Source of the DNA: Tricharina praecox
Taxonomy: Eukaryota
Length of the DNA: 64,000 bases
Assembly (NCBI RefSeq): GCF_024521635.1
Contig: NW_026250413.1
Span: 868,001-932,000 of the forward strand
Direction of reading: 5' to 3'
In this document: one piece after another, positions 37,201-49,511 of the stretch
Position numbering within the stretch: position 1 is the first letter of the stretch
Layout of the letters: every line of letters starts with the position of its first letter
Position numbers and translations under genes: made by a program
Notes under the pieces: model-generated
The model's input: the letters and a program-made list of their open reading frames with translations, nothing else
What the model was told of the DNA's origin: nothing
Database searches by the model: none

Positions 37201-38520
37201 GCTGAGTCGCTGACTGGTCCAACCCCCCGCAGGCCGGCGGTCGGGCGGTGGGATCGAGATCGGATCCGGCAAACGAATGAACGAACGGGCGGGAGGTGGG
37301 CCGCGCCGCGCCGCGATGGGCTGTGGGTTCTTGTCATAGGTAGAGTAAGTAAGTGGCGGGAATGCCATTGGGGATAGGTATGATATAGTGGGTACTTGGG
37401 GATCCTCAAGATCAATCGCTGATTGGATAGTATACACAGGTATGGGGGCTTACGCAGAGCTGACATCCGCCTCGAAGGCTGAAGCTCGTGTGAAAAGTTC
37501 ACGGGTAGGTATTGAGGCGCTGGACAATGGAATGGAGGCGTACTCCCGAACTCCCAGGAGTCCACGACAAAGGCATGCATCCGTGTGGAACGGAGATCAT
37601 CATTCGCGAGTCAGCCGCCTCTTCGCGGAAACATGCGTGTTCGCTCGCTCGTCTCGTAGACATGTGTGTGTGTGTGTGTGCTCGCGGCAATGGCCACTGG
37701 TCACTGGGTTTCTCACGGCGTCACGGCGTCTATCTGGAGCTCGGGATAGGACCGAGGTATGCACACAGGATACTCTAGACGCATAGCACCCAGCTCTATG
37801 CATCTGCTCTCCCGTGGTTCCGCAAGGGCCAACTCCAGCGCCCCGGAGTCCGGATCCCGAGATACGGATGTGTTCGATGACCATGCCAATGCATCCTCTT
37901 CAGAGGTACCTACTCCATGCAGTCCCAAACAGTCCAAAGTATGAAGGGGAAATGCCCCCACTGCACCGATGGCAGGACGTTATCGATCCCCCACTTGACG
38001 GTGGTGGTCAACATCCCCAACCCTTCCCGAGCTCCACACGTGAGCATGTGCCTGCTACGGTGTTGCACGTCGATATCTTCTAGTTAACGTTGGCGTGGGG
38101 CCTTTGGGTGCGTCGGTGAAGATCTACCGGTATCAGGACGTCGAACTCGATCGATTGACCGTCGACGATGCTCCGGGTTTGCGAAACTTCGGAGGGCTAC
38201 GGTGGGTGTGCGGTCGAGGAATCAATTACTGAGATACCCATCACGGGGAGGATTGTAGTAACCAAATGATGGTCGACTGCCGTCATTACCTACAACATAT
38301 GATATCACCGCCAGGGTTCTAATGGACATTCGAGACGCCCCCGGGGCCCGTAGGCTGCATATAGTTAACCAAGTAGAGTCCCTACCCGCTGCTCGGTTAC
38401 GCGAAACCAGCATTTAAGCCTATCCGCATACAGCATACCAACCGCGCGCGCGTCTTCCCATCCACGACTCACGACATCCAGTGTCCACATACGCAACACC
38501 AAAAAAATAAACCACACACA

Positions 38521-40199
38521 ATGCCGTACAACGACCTCCTCACGTCGATCTCAGAGCGGTATCCGTGCCGCGACTCACAACTATCGCAGCTGTCGGCATT
38601 GATAGGCGATGTACGTTCTGCCACTCCGCAATCCCTAGAAACAAATCCCGCGGCGCGTCTGCAGCTGCTAACACCCGCCACTCCCAGGAAACCTCGCCGA
38701 GCCCCTCCTCGTTCGTCCTGTACGGCCTCGAAGCGACGGGTAAAACGCTCATCCTGCGGGCGTTACTACAAGAGTCCGAGGTCAGTTTCTCGTGGCTGCC
38801 GTGTGACGAATGCATCACTGCCCGCCACTTGACGGAGCGCATTGCGGCGACGGTGGAGGCTGCACTGGATCTCGGTGAGGACCTGGGGCTGCCAAGGTCA
38901 CAGGAGGTTGGCGCCCTCGCGGTTTTCCTGCAGGCCGCGCTGGCGAGGGTGAGGGAGGTGAAACATTTTTTGGTGAGTGGAGGTGGGGGGGGGGGAGGGT
39001 GTACTTGGTTGGGTGGGGTTGGGCTGGGTTGACGGGGGAGTGAACAGGTGCTGGATAGAATCGATCAGCAACGGGATCCGACACCGACTTTGGTACCCGC
39101 GCTGAGGAGGATGGGCGAGATGGTGTGTGCTATGTTTTTCCCTTTTGCAGCTCGTAAACTGACTTCGGTAGATCCCCAATCTGACGGTGATCTTCGTCGT
39201 CTCCGCGCCACACTCCCGGTTCTTCAGTTCCGCCGAAATACCGCATATCCATTTCCCGCCGTACTCGCGCGAAGAGAGCATCGAGATCCTCTCCACAAAC
39301 CCACTACCGATCAAGAAAACGGGTGAAGAGCAGGATCCGGACGACGACGAGACGTCCGACGACGAAGCGACCAAGGAGGAGCTCGCGAAGGAGGAGCTCT
39401 ACGTGTGGCAGAAATTCTGCGCGACGGTGTGGGACTCGCTCGCGAAAGGTGCCGCAAGGGATATCGTACGTTTCCGGAACGCGGTGGAGAAGAATTGGAG
39501 CACGTTTGTGCAGCCTATCGCGAGAGGCGAGTATGGAACTAGGAATTACTCCAGCTTGTACCTGTACCACAAGGACATGTTCCGGCAGGAAACCAGCGTG
39601 CTCGATACGGTTATTCCGCCAGCTGTTAATGAGAGGTCCACCATGGTGGTGAAATGTGAGTCGAGCGAGCGAGCGCCTCCCCATGTGTGCGGACGTGGCT
39701 GACACTGGAGATCGATAGCACATGACCTACCGTACTACTCCAAATTCCTGCTCTGCGCGGCGTATCTCGCATCGTACAATCCTCCGCGCTCCGATGCGCT
39801 GCTGTTTACCAAAGCCGGCGAGGGCAAGAAGCGAAAGCGCGGAGGTGGCCTCAACAAGCAAGCCGGAACACGAAAGGTACGCCCACCCCCGTCTTCCCCC
39901 CACCCCTCACAATGGTTACTAACACCGCCCAGATCCAACGTCGCCTCCTCGGCCCGCAATCATTCCCGATCGAGCGGCTGTCCGCCATCTTCCCCACGCT
40001 GACATCGCACACCGTCCCCCCGTCGGTCGACGTCCAGGCGCAGATCGCTACGCTCACGTCGCTGCGACTGCTGGTCAAGGCGACGAGCCTGGATCCCCTC
40101 GATGGCAGCGCCAAGTGGAAGGTCAATGTCGGCTGGGAGTATATCCGCAGCATCGCCAGGAGCGTTAAGTTCGATATCGAGGACTACATGATTGAATGA
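38521..40199 (+). CDS. ORC5: Origin recognition complex subunit 5, multi-exon
   Basis: [17 protein letters not shown] Walker [49 protein letters not shown]. Confidence 0.93.
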
Positions 40200-40685
40200 T
40201 TGATTCGTGCTGGCCCTGGGGGATTTGGGATTTAGTGTGCATACAATAATAGACGAGTCGTTTTTTTTTCTCTTTTGGTTCGACATCTTCAAACAGACGT
40301 AATAGCTTCCCTTAACACTGTTCTACGTGTAACCGCGCGTGCACCCGTGCCGTACCTGCGTGCTGGGTGGGTGGGGTGGGTGGGCGAGCGAGGCATTCAG
40401 CTCCCAGCCCAGGCAGGCAGAAAGCTTGCATGCGGGGGTGGGTCTCAAATGCGAGTTTAGGCGCTTTTCTCTAGCTCGGTGCGTGGGCAGTTGGGCAGTT
40501 GGGCAGTTGGGCAGCAGAGATGGTGGGGTCGCAAAAAGCGAACGGCGCAAGTTGCAACCGTAGTCTCTCTCGTGGCTCGCAAGCCTCTCTCGCCTCACCA
40601 ACCCAACCCGTCACCTCCGCCGCCAACGGCACCACCATGACCGCACCACTTCCGCGCCGACGACAACGACAACGAAGACGACGCG

Positions 40686-42168
40686 ATGTCGCAACCCGCA
40701 CAGATCCCCGGGTTCTACTACGGTCCCTCCCCTCTGCCTCCCTCCCCCTCGCCCCCGTCCCTCCCCCCTCGCTCCCCCCCCCGCCTCCCCACCCCCGACA
40801 CACCAGCTAACAAGCGCAGACCCGCAAAAGCTTAAATACTTCCGGATCCTCCCCTCACACGCGGCGCCTACTGCGGCATTCTACAGCACGGCGTCAGTGG
40901 CGACGTCTCAGCGCGCGGCTGCGCGGGCTGAGGAGCAGACCCGCGAGCGCGAGGAGCGCGCGCGCGCCTGCAGGAACCCGCTGGATAAGAATCCGCATGT
41001 GAGGGTACGCCTGGGAAGGGAGCTGGAGGGGTGGAAGGATGGGGAGGCGGTTAGGAGGATTTGGGGGCAGGGACTAAGGAGGGGGGTGGTTTATGAGGGG
41101 GGCGCGAAGGTTACGGCTTTCGTGGCGGTGGAGGGGGAGGGACAGGGTGGTGGGGGTGGTGGGGGTGGTGGGGGTGGTGGGGGTGGTGGGGAGGGCGCGC
41201 TGAGGGCAGTGGTCGGGACGAGTGCCGGGGATGTGGGGTAGGTCTCTTTGCATGTGCGCTGGTGGAAGATGGTGGGAGTGGGCTAATACAACGGGAACAG
41301 GATCGTCCCTGTGCGGACGGACGGCGGGAATCTCAAAGCCGACCCCGGGGATATGATGCCGTTGATCCACCTGCACTCACAGATCACGTCTATCTCGCAT
41401 TCCTCGCAATGGCTCCTCTGCACGTCGATGGGCGAGCGCCACAGCCCCAAGCTACACCTCTCGCACCTCTCGCACGCCTATCCAGGACAGACGCACTCGC
41501 TCCCCAACGTGCGCTCGATCTGGACGTCGTCCGCCTCCTCCGACACCTCCACGCCCTCCTTCCTCGTGGGCACGTCCAACTCCGCACTGCACATCACCGC
41601 GCACCCACACACAACGCAGCAAACCAGCCACCGCATAAAATCCGACGTATTCGCGACCTGCTTCCTGCCCTCCTCATCGAGCGTATTCCTCGCCGGCTCG
41701 CGCGACGGCGACATGCGCCTTTTCGACTCGCGCGCGCCCTCCTCGCATGCGGCTAAGGGCGAGATCGTCGTCCGCCACGGCGGGACGGTGACGCACATCT
41801 GCGCGCTATCCTCCGCGTCCGTGATCGTCAACGGGCTAAGCCGGTGCGCGGTGTACGACCTGCGGTACCCGCACCCGCGCAGCCCAAGCGCGAGCTTTGC
41901 GCAGGCCACGGGCGCCACAAGGGTCTACGACGGCGCGGTCAGGGAGCGCGAGTTCATGATTGGTCGCGGGTTCGATGTGGACACTGCTGGTGGCGGGGAG
42001 GTCATGGTGCTCGCGGACTGCGAGCACTGGGTGCGGCTGTATTCGGTTATTAGCGGTGAGGAGCTCAGGCGGTGGAAATGGGAGAGCCCCTGTACGGGAT
42101 TGAAGTTCGATGGCGAGAGGAGACTGTGGGCCAGCGCAGGGAAGGCGTTGGAGTGTTTTACATATTAG
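40686..42168 (+). CDS. WD40-repeat protein, DCAF4/WDR21-like
   Basis: N-terminal IPGFYYDPQKLKYFRI reconstructed across an intron. SDVFA, GSRDGDMRLFDSR and YDLRY (DxR) motifs. Confidence 0.75.
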
Positions 42169-42571
42169 CTGGATCATGGGCGATCATTCGGATATATGTA
42201 GAGTACACTGGGTGATAGTAGGTGGACCAGGTTGACAATCTGATTCCGATCGTTCGTAGCCTGCCCCCGGTTCAAGAGGGCATCATTATCATCAAACGGT
42301 TCACTCCCACACAAACACAACACAACACAAGACCACACAAGACAAGACAAGACAACACTACAGGGCTGCTAAACAAACACACAAACAGAACCAAGCAAGA
42401 AAAAGAAACCCAAACCCAAAGCAATACATAGCAATAGCCATCCCAACCCTATCGAAGCCAAACCAAAGAATACACAAAGAGCCCATTCAAACACGCGAAC
42501 CCAGATTTCATCAGCATTAACAAGTAGGCAACTAGCTCGCACTACCACGCACTACCACGCACTACCACGCA

Positions 42572-45500
42572 CTACCTCGCACTCGCACTCGCACTACTCG
42601 CCTGGCCACTAAGCTGGAACTCGGCCGTCTTGACGCGCTCCTTAACATCGAGTTCCGTATCCTTCTGCATGAGCTGCAGCCTCTCGGCCCAGCCCAAATT
42701 CCGCAGGACGTTGATGCGGCGCTGAACGCCCTCGGCCTCGCTGCCCTCCTCCTTCCATGTGAGGTTTATGACGACCCACGCGAGGCCAGAGCGCACGTGC
42801 GGATTCCGGTGGTCCCAGAACCCGAGCAGGACGCGCAGCAGGTCTGTTCGCTCGATGATGCGTTGTCTGTGGCGCGGGGCACCGGCGGCGATGTGCACGA
42901 TGTTGTAGACGACTGCGTTGACGATTTCCGAGGGTTGGTTTGGTGCCGAAAGCAGAGTCTCGTATAGCGTGAGGAGGCGGTCGGCGCCGATCGAGTTGAA
43001 CACCACGTCGATCATCGAGCCTACTTCGGTTCCGCAGATCAGGTTGCGGATGAATTCTAGCCCCTGCTCTTGCAATGAAATCGCTTCTTTCCGGGATTGT
43101 GTGCCTTGTGCGATCCGTTCTTGCTTTTGGAGGCGGTGGACGGCGGAGCGGATTTTGGGTGGGAGGCGCTGTGAAAGTTCCGGGGTTGGGGTCGGCGTGA
43201 TGGTATGGTCGGCCATTTCCTCGTCCGCGTCGGAGTCCGAGTCCGAGATGGTGTCGGCGGCTGGGTCGGCATTGATCTTGGAGATGATCGACATGAGGTA
43301 CTCTACACCGAGGCATTCGAGACTACGGCGTTTCATGGTTATGTCCGCTTCGAGCATGAGGTGTTTGAGTGCCCAGAGTGCGTTGAGCCGGAGGGGGCCA
43401 TTGGTGCCCTTGACGTGATCGCACAGCACCTCGAGTGCGCCAGCCTCCGCTATCGGCTTCCGCATGGGAGAGAAGTCGAGGACGAGGTTGCAAACCGCTG
43501 CGGTAGCGGCGATCTTGACGTCGTCGTTTTCGTGTCGGAGGAGCGAGAACATTGGGATCGCCACTGCGGCATCGGTGAGTGATGTCCGTAGGATACTAAC
43601 TGAGCGGGACAGGGCACGGATGCAACCGCAGGCGGCGATGAGCACAGACGGCGGGTTGCCTTCGGCGCTGTTGTTCTCCGGCGGGAGCGGCGAGGCGATC
43701 GGAGTCAGTGGCTTGAGACATGCGCCCACCACCGTCTTCAGTATGCCGGCGTCAACGATTTTCTTACGGTATTCGTCCTTGAAGAGTCCCAGATTCGCCA
43801 GACACCGAAGCACGCCCTCCTTCACCTTCATCCGATGATTGTATTCCGGGCTACTCTTTGATGCGGGCTCCTGTGGCATGTGCGGTGTGTCTCCATTCAT
43901 GAACCCATTCGCACTTCCAGAAAATGATTCCGAGACCTTCTTGAGGATGGCCGCCAACTTCTTGACTGCTCCGGCATCGATCGCCGCCTTCTGGAACTCC
44001 GGATTCTCGATCACCAATCTGGAAAGCACCGCCGGGGCCCTCTCTTCCACCTGCCACCGACTCCACTTCTGCGCGTCGATACCACCGACTCCAGTATTGC
44101 CGAACCCGCTAGAGACCTTGCATTCCTCGTCGAGTAGCCGTACCAGGATCGGAATAACCAAAAGCGCCACATATGACACCAATCGTTTGGCCACCAACCC
44201 GACTAGGAACAAGTTGGTGAGAACGCTCGCTGCTGTCAACCGTGTGATCGGATCACCCATCCTCACGAGACTGATCAACCAATTGACGATCTCCAACTCG
44301 GGAATGTCAACGGATGTATCGGCACCCCCGGCGTCTCCTTCCTGCGTGCCCAGGACAGTACGCAGTCGTTCGTCCTCCGCCAATTCTACCGTAGCCGTGG
44401 CCGCGTGCATCCTTCGGCGCAATGGTGTTTCTCCCCCAGAGGTCTCGGAGTCGTCATCTCCCCCGGCAACAGCAGCGGTAAGCAAGTCGATTCGCTGCTC
44501 TTCGGTCAAATTGTGGTGAGAGTGGAGGTGGCTGGAGTATTGGTGAAGCGCCGGGAAGCTCATGGAATGACTTCCAGCGGAAGTCCTCAAGGGTGGGAAT
44601 TGACCAGATGAGGTCAGAGTAACTGCAGCTGAAAGCGGGGGGAACGCAGAAGGTGTGACAATCGGCCCAGCTCCCTGAATCTCAGACGATGGCTTCGGCT
44701 GGGGTAGATGTAAGCTCGCGGCCGCGCCTTCCAGCCCACCCCTCATCTCATCCGTCGGGAAGAGCGTGCTTAGAGCGGGCGAAAATAAAAATTCGATGGA
44801 GCGAAGCTTCGAGCCCCGGATAATAGTAGCGATGGCATCCAGGATGGGCGCTATCCTCGCATTCGGAGGTGCCTGTGGGGGTGTCCTGGCATCGGAACCA
44901 CACTTCTTCCTATATTCATCTGGCGCGAATGAGGCCACTCTTGTAGCCAAAGCATCGAGAACCCCGGATGCGGCCAACATCTTCTGGTGCATTCCCTCCT
45001 GCTGCGCCGTCCCCTCCGCGGACTCGCCGCCAGCGGTGTGAGGTACTCGTCCGCACGACTTCGCGATCGCGGAAGCCGCCAAAGCAATCTGCTCCTGCGT
45101 CAACCTATCCGGCGACTCCCTCGACAAGATCTCGCGCAGATTCCGCAGACCATCCGGAGTGTAGATAACCGACGAGATCGCCACGGCCGGGCTTAGCGGT
45201 GCGGTAGGCGAAACGCACGTATCAAGCATCGTGTTGATCGTCCGCAACGAGGATTGGGCGAGCTTCGGGAGCGATTTGTCCGGGTTCAACGAAGCGGTCA
45301 GAGGTAGTAGCACGTCTGATTGTATGAGGTGCAAGATGTGCGATTCGCCGCCTGTAAGCGTTGCACAAGAGCTGTTAACATTTTTCTTTCTTTTCCGCCA
45401 ACGCGCACCCCCGATAATGTAAGCGTCTCATGTGTAGGACAGCTAAGTATGGGAATGGATTAGGGGAGGGCAGGAAGGGATGTCTCCGGCAGAGGACGGA

Positions 45501-45783
45501 ACATCGCGGAGGAGAGGAGGAGTAAGTATTCCGTACCATATGCCAAACTGCCGACACATATTCCGGCTTCTACCTTCACTTCCTGCCAGTGCTCCCCATC
45601 CAGATTCAAGATTGCGACGAGTCTGTTGACGAGCCCGTTGCGCACAAACATCTCTTTTGTTTTGTCATGGCCGATCAGAAGGTGCTTTACGGAGCGCAGG
45701 CACTCGAGGATTGTCGCTGGATCCCGGGATTGTAACTCCGCCATGCGCGACAGGCAGAACGCTTCCTCTTGCGAGTGGGTCAT
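42572..45783 (-). CDS. Armadillo-repeat protein ARMC8/Vid28 (GID/CTLH E3 subunit)
   Basis: KHLLIGHDKTKE, SLAYGG, RALSRSVSILRTSL, CNLVLDFSPMR, NALWALKHL, QEQGLEFIRNL, DVKERVKTA. Intron 45536-45352. Confidence 0.9.
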
Positions 45784-47402
45784 TATGCCAACGGGGCACG
45801 GGTTGGTCGTGTGTGTGGTTTGTGTATTCTTTTCGTGGAACGCGTCTGAAGTGGGGGATGAGGTTGTTGATCGGATTGGATGTTGTTCGTCGGAGGTGGT
45901 GGGTGGAGGGTGGGAGAGGTGTGTAGTGAGTGTGGTGGAGAGTGTCGTTTCGTTTGTTGCGCTCTCGCTTCGCTGCTTCTTGCTGTTGGTTACACTTTCC
46001 AGACAGCGAGGACAAGACCTTGTGAAACCGACCTTCGACCCCTGCCAGCTGCCAGACCGAACCGGAATTGGGACGAGACAGAGCACGTCAACGCGACGAG
46101 ACAGCTTGACTTGGCAATCGCAGTGTAAATGCTCTTAAGTAAATGTTTTTTTCTTCTTTTCAAAGTGGACGATCACAGCTTTATTGAAGCACCACAGAAC
46201 TATTATAGGTTCTGCTGGCCATTTGAAACCGCAACATCGGGAGTAATGACAATTCAGAGAGCAAAGTTGGCGCTACATCCCCGCAATTTATGTAGCTGTT
46301 CTATTAATATTAATGATACGGCCATGTCGAAACTTAAAGCTCACAGGGAAGAGCCCTCAAGCCATTCGAATTGGCCCTAGAGAATCATGAGTTCTCACAC
46401 CACCTCAGTCTTTCCGATTTGATCTATTCCAAGAACATCCTCGGTCAGGGAACCCAAGCACCAAGACATCCCGGGCGACGATACGACAGACAAGTGGCCA
46501 AGCTCATAGCAGATGACCCGGAGGTAAGAGGCGTGGAATGGCTCAGAGGAACGACCGGCTATGCCAAGGTCAAACTCCCTCTCTCGAGGTCCCTCGCCAT
46601 CATGAAGAGAGAGGCCTCCGAAAAAGAAGTGGTAAGGATCCAGGACGTGGTCCAAGGAAAGGATAAAAGGAGCGAAGTAGTACTGCCTACCAAGGACACA
46701 GAGGGAGGCAGGCACGACAACGAGGAGTAACTGTTCTTACCGCCGCCCTTCGGCCTAGCAACTACGAACAGCCACCTAATACCATCAAGCCCACCGATAG
46801 ACTAAGACGCAGTGAGAGTCAGGGCGATGAGAAAAGGGACAGCAGGGACGAGAAGTGGTGGATCCAGAACAGACGGAAAGAGACGATGGCTTGGATGAGA
46901 TGGTGGCGTTGGGTGGTGGATGGATGGGTTGGACTGATTTTTCTTTCTTTCCCTTGTCTTTCGTTTCTGTAATTTCCTTGGAACACATCACAAAGGAGGG
47001 GCTGGACGGAAAGCACTGGGGAATCCACTCCGAGCTTGTGGCCAGCGGTCGGGGCGGTGAGGCAGCACAGGTTGTGTAACTGTCAAGATCTAATCAGATC
47101 TAATGCAATGACAATTGCAAATCTTCAGTCAGAGTCTTCTGGTATACCCATAACCATGTCGCCCCATCCACCTCCTCTGGCCAGTGCTTGAGGAGGAGAG
47201 TACCCAGGTTCTGCAGATATTCACGCGGTATCACCCAGTAAGCAGTACGCACCAATTGGAACACCACACAAGCTTATTCATTCCATCTTCAAACTTTTCA
47301 AGCCGCCGTGCACAACTGATCTGTAAAAGCAATTTTCCCATCCATCTAACCTGAACTCCGAGCCAAACACCAAGCAATGTAAACACATCCCCCACCGTCA
47401 GC

Positions 47403-48632
47403 TCACTTCTTCGGCATCCCTTTCCCACCACTTCCCCAAGTCGCCGCGACCAACATCGGAAACGCAATAGTCGCCTCGCACGTAACCTTAACACTCTCCG
47501 CATCCGCCTTGATCTTGCCCCAACTAACCGCCTCATCTGGCCTGGCTCCGGCATCACTCCCATCAAATTCCGAGGCCGTATTCACAAACACCGCCCAATC
47601 CGCGCCATTCCTGATCAGATTCGCATTGGCGATATGATGTTTGACCAAACCACCACCGAGAATCACCGCACCCGACTTCGGCGCCCGAACAGCCATGGTG
47701 TTGATTTTTCTGATGTCCGCGATGATATCACACCGTAGCTGGGCCGGCGAGGACTTAAATGTGTGGAAATACATCATATCGCCAATACTCCCATCTGTGA
47801 GCGCGGGACAAAATACGGGGATATTGTTCTTCCATGCCCAGTAGTAGACGCTGCGCTCATCGTTGATCTCTTTTCCTAGCCGGTGGATAATCGTCGACGG
47901 AGTCCAAAACACACCCTCCTCCTCCTGCTCCTTCAGCATCGTGTCGAAAATGGGGACGATCCAGTCCTCAAAAGCGCAGTAGTTGCTGTTTGGCACGAGG
48001 AGATTGCCAATGCGGTTCATTCCCTTTTGGCGGAGCGTGGCCCCGTCGAGCGAGAATGACCCTAGGTACGTCGGTGCAAGACACTTAATGAAATCCTCCT
48101 CTATCCCCCCGGCCGTCGTGACAATTGCCGAGACGTGCTTGTGTTCGACGAGGAAGCGGAGGGTCTCCCGTAGGCCAGAGGAGATGAGGTTCGATGTGTA
48201 GCCGAGGAAGATGGTAGCCTTCTCCCCTTCTTCGCCGCGCCAGGATCGCATGTGGTCTATTACCTCTGCCGCCCGCGAGAGGTTCGAGCCCTGGAAACCG
48301 ATGCGCTCCATCGACGCCAGTAGCTCAGGGACTGTGACATCCCGTCCTTTGTAGTCGTTGAACTCGATACCGCCTACTTCCTTCCAGTCGTCAGGGACCG
48401 GGGCGGACTGTTTCAGGACTGCGTCGGCGGCGACCGAGGGGCGTACGGTGTCACTTGCGGTGGAGGAGGGGGTGGCGGCGGCGGCGGCGGCGTCGGAGGA
48501 AGCATCGTCAGCGGCAGCAGCGTCGGCGGCGGCGTCGAAAATCACATTCTCCTCTTCACCCTCGGGGATGGAGCTGGAGCTTGGAGGAGGAAAGGCGGTG
48601 AGCGTCAAGGTGGAGGTGTCCAGGGTCGTCAT
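47403..48632 (-). CDS. DYS1: Deoxyhypusine synthase (intronless)
   Basis: [53 protein letters not shown]. Confidence 0.98.
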   Translation of the reverse strand: MTTLDTSTLTLTAFPPPSSSSIPEGEEENVIFDAAADAAAADDASSDAAAAAATPSSTASDTVRPSVAADAVLKQSAPVPDDWKEVGGIEFNDYKGRDVTVPELLASMERIGFQGSNLSRAAEVIDHMRSWRGEEGEKATIFLGYTSNLISSGLRETLRFLVEHKHVSAIVTTAGGIEEDFIKCLAPTYLGSFSLDGATLRQKGMNRIGNLLVPNSNYCAFEDWIVPIFDTMLKEQEEEGVFWTPSTIIHRLGKEINDERSVYYWAWKNNIPVFCPALTDGSIGDMMYFHTFKSSPAQLRCDIIADIRKINTMAVRAPKSGAVILGGGLVKHHIANANLIRNGADWAVFVNTASEFDGSDAGARPDEAVSWGKIKADAESVKVTCEATIAFPMLVAATWGSGGKGMPKK

Positions 48633-49511
48633 GATTGTGATTGGTTTTGGTCAACTCTATTATTTTTTCACTTAGGTGAATGAGTGCTGATCAGGTGAAG
48701 GCAACCCCGCCATTGGCACTGCAGGGTGCCCCTCCATGTCACGTGCTGGGCTTTGAGCGAGTGAGAATGTGAGCTAACTTACCTCACGCAATATCACTCG
48801 TGACAACGACGACTACATGAATTTCAAGGAAATTGCAGGAAAATAAATTCTCTCGACATATGATCCACAAGTTAATAATGCCGAGCTAACAGGGAGAGCG
48901 TTCAGCTAGCCGTGGAGGATATATAAGTAGGTTAATCTACGAATAGTATGGTAACCGTGTGAGTAGCTAGAAGAGGGACTCTGAGTGAAGAGACGCGAAC
49001 TGCCACTTCAACCATATCCCATATCTAGTACATTACGCAGCAAGGACAGATTTTTCAACAGCTGAAGGAGCCCCGCCGATTGCCTTCAGACGCTCAACCT
49101 ACGGTTCTTCTGGGTGTTTTCGGTCTATAGTAGTAAGGGTGCGTATGGCCTGGCCATACGTCCGGATAGGAGGTACAGACGGGGAAATCGGCCACTTCAA
49201 GGCTGAAAATGATGGCTATCGGGATAAGCTTATACTAATATTGGTCGGGACGATGGAAAGGAATTGATCGAAAGTTCAAATTAGTCACCGTTCAATGGTC
49301 TTATTGCTAGAAAAGAAGAAGTTAAAGAAGAGAAGGCACACCTGATCCTCTCACCCCTGTGTTAGCCAGGCCAGTAGTTGGTCTGGCCATCAGAGGTTCT
49401 CTAGGGTATTTTGTTAAAAGGAACATATGTACACCGAGCTCCAGAGCCCGTACTCTACATGCAGAGTCACATGCTCGCTTGCTCCCCCCGTTTCCAACGA
49501 CAACGACAAAC

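Noticed and set aside
36836..37212. GCTGAGTCGCTGAGTCGCTG occurring twice in the PUF-ORC5 intergenic region
   Set aside because: Short tandem 8-mer that does not match the TGASTCA consensus; function unsupported.
46371..46730. 119-aa ORF between ARMC8 and DYS1
   Set aside because: Non-ATG start and no recognisable domain; may be a gene relic but cannot be supported.
48270..48300. GGTTCGAGCCC tRNA T-loop-like motif
   Set aside because: Lies inside the DYS1 CDS with no cloverleaf. No tRNA, rRNA or CRISPR was found in the window.
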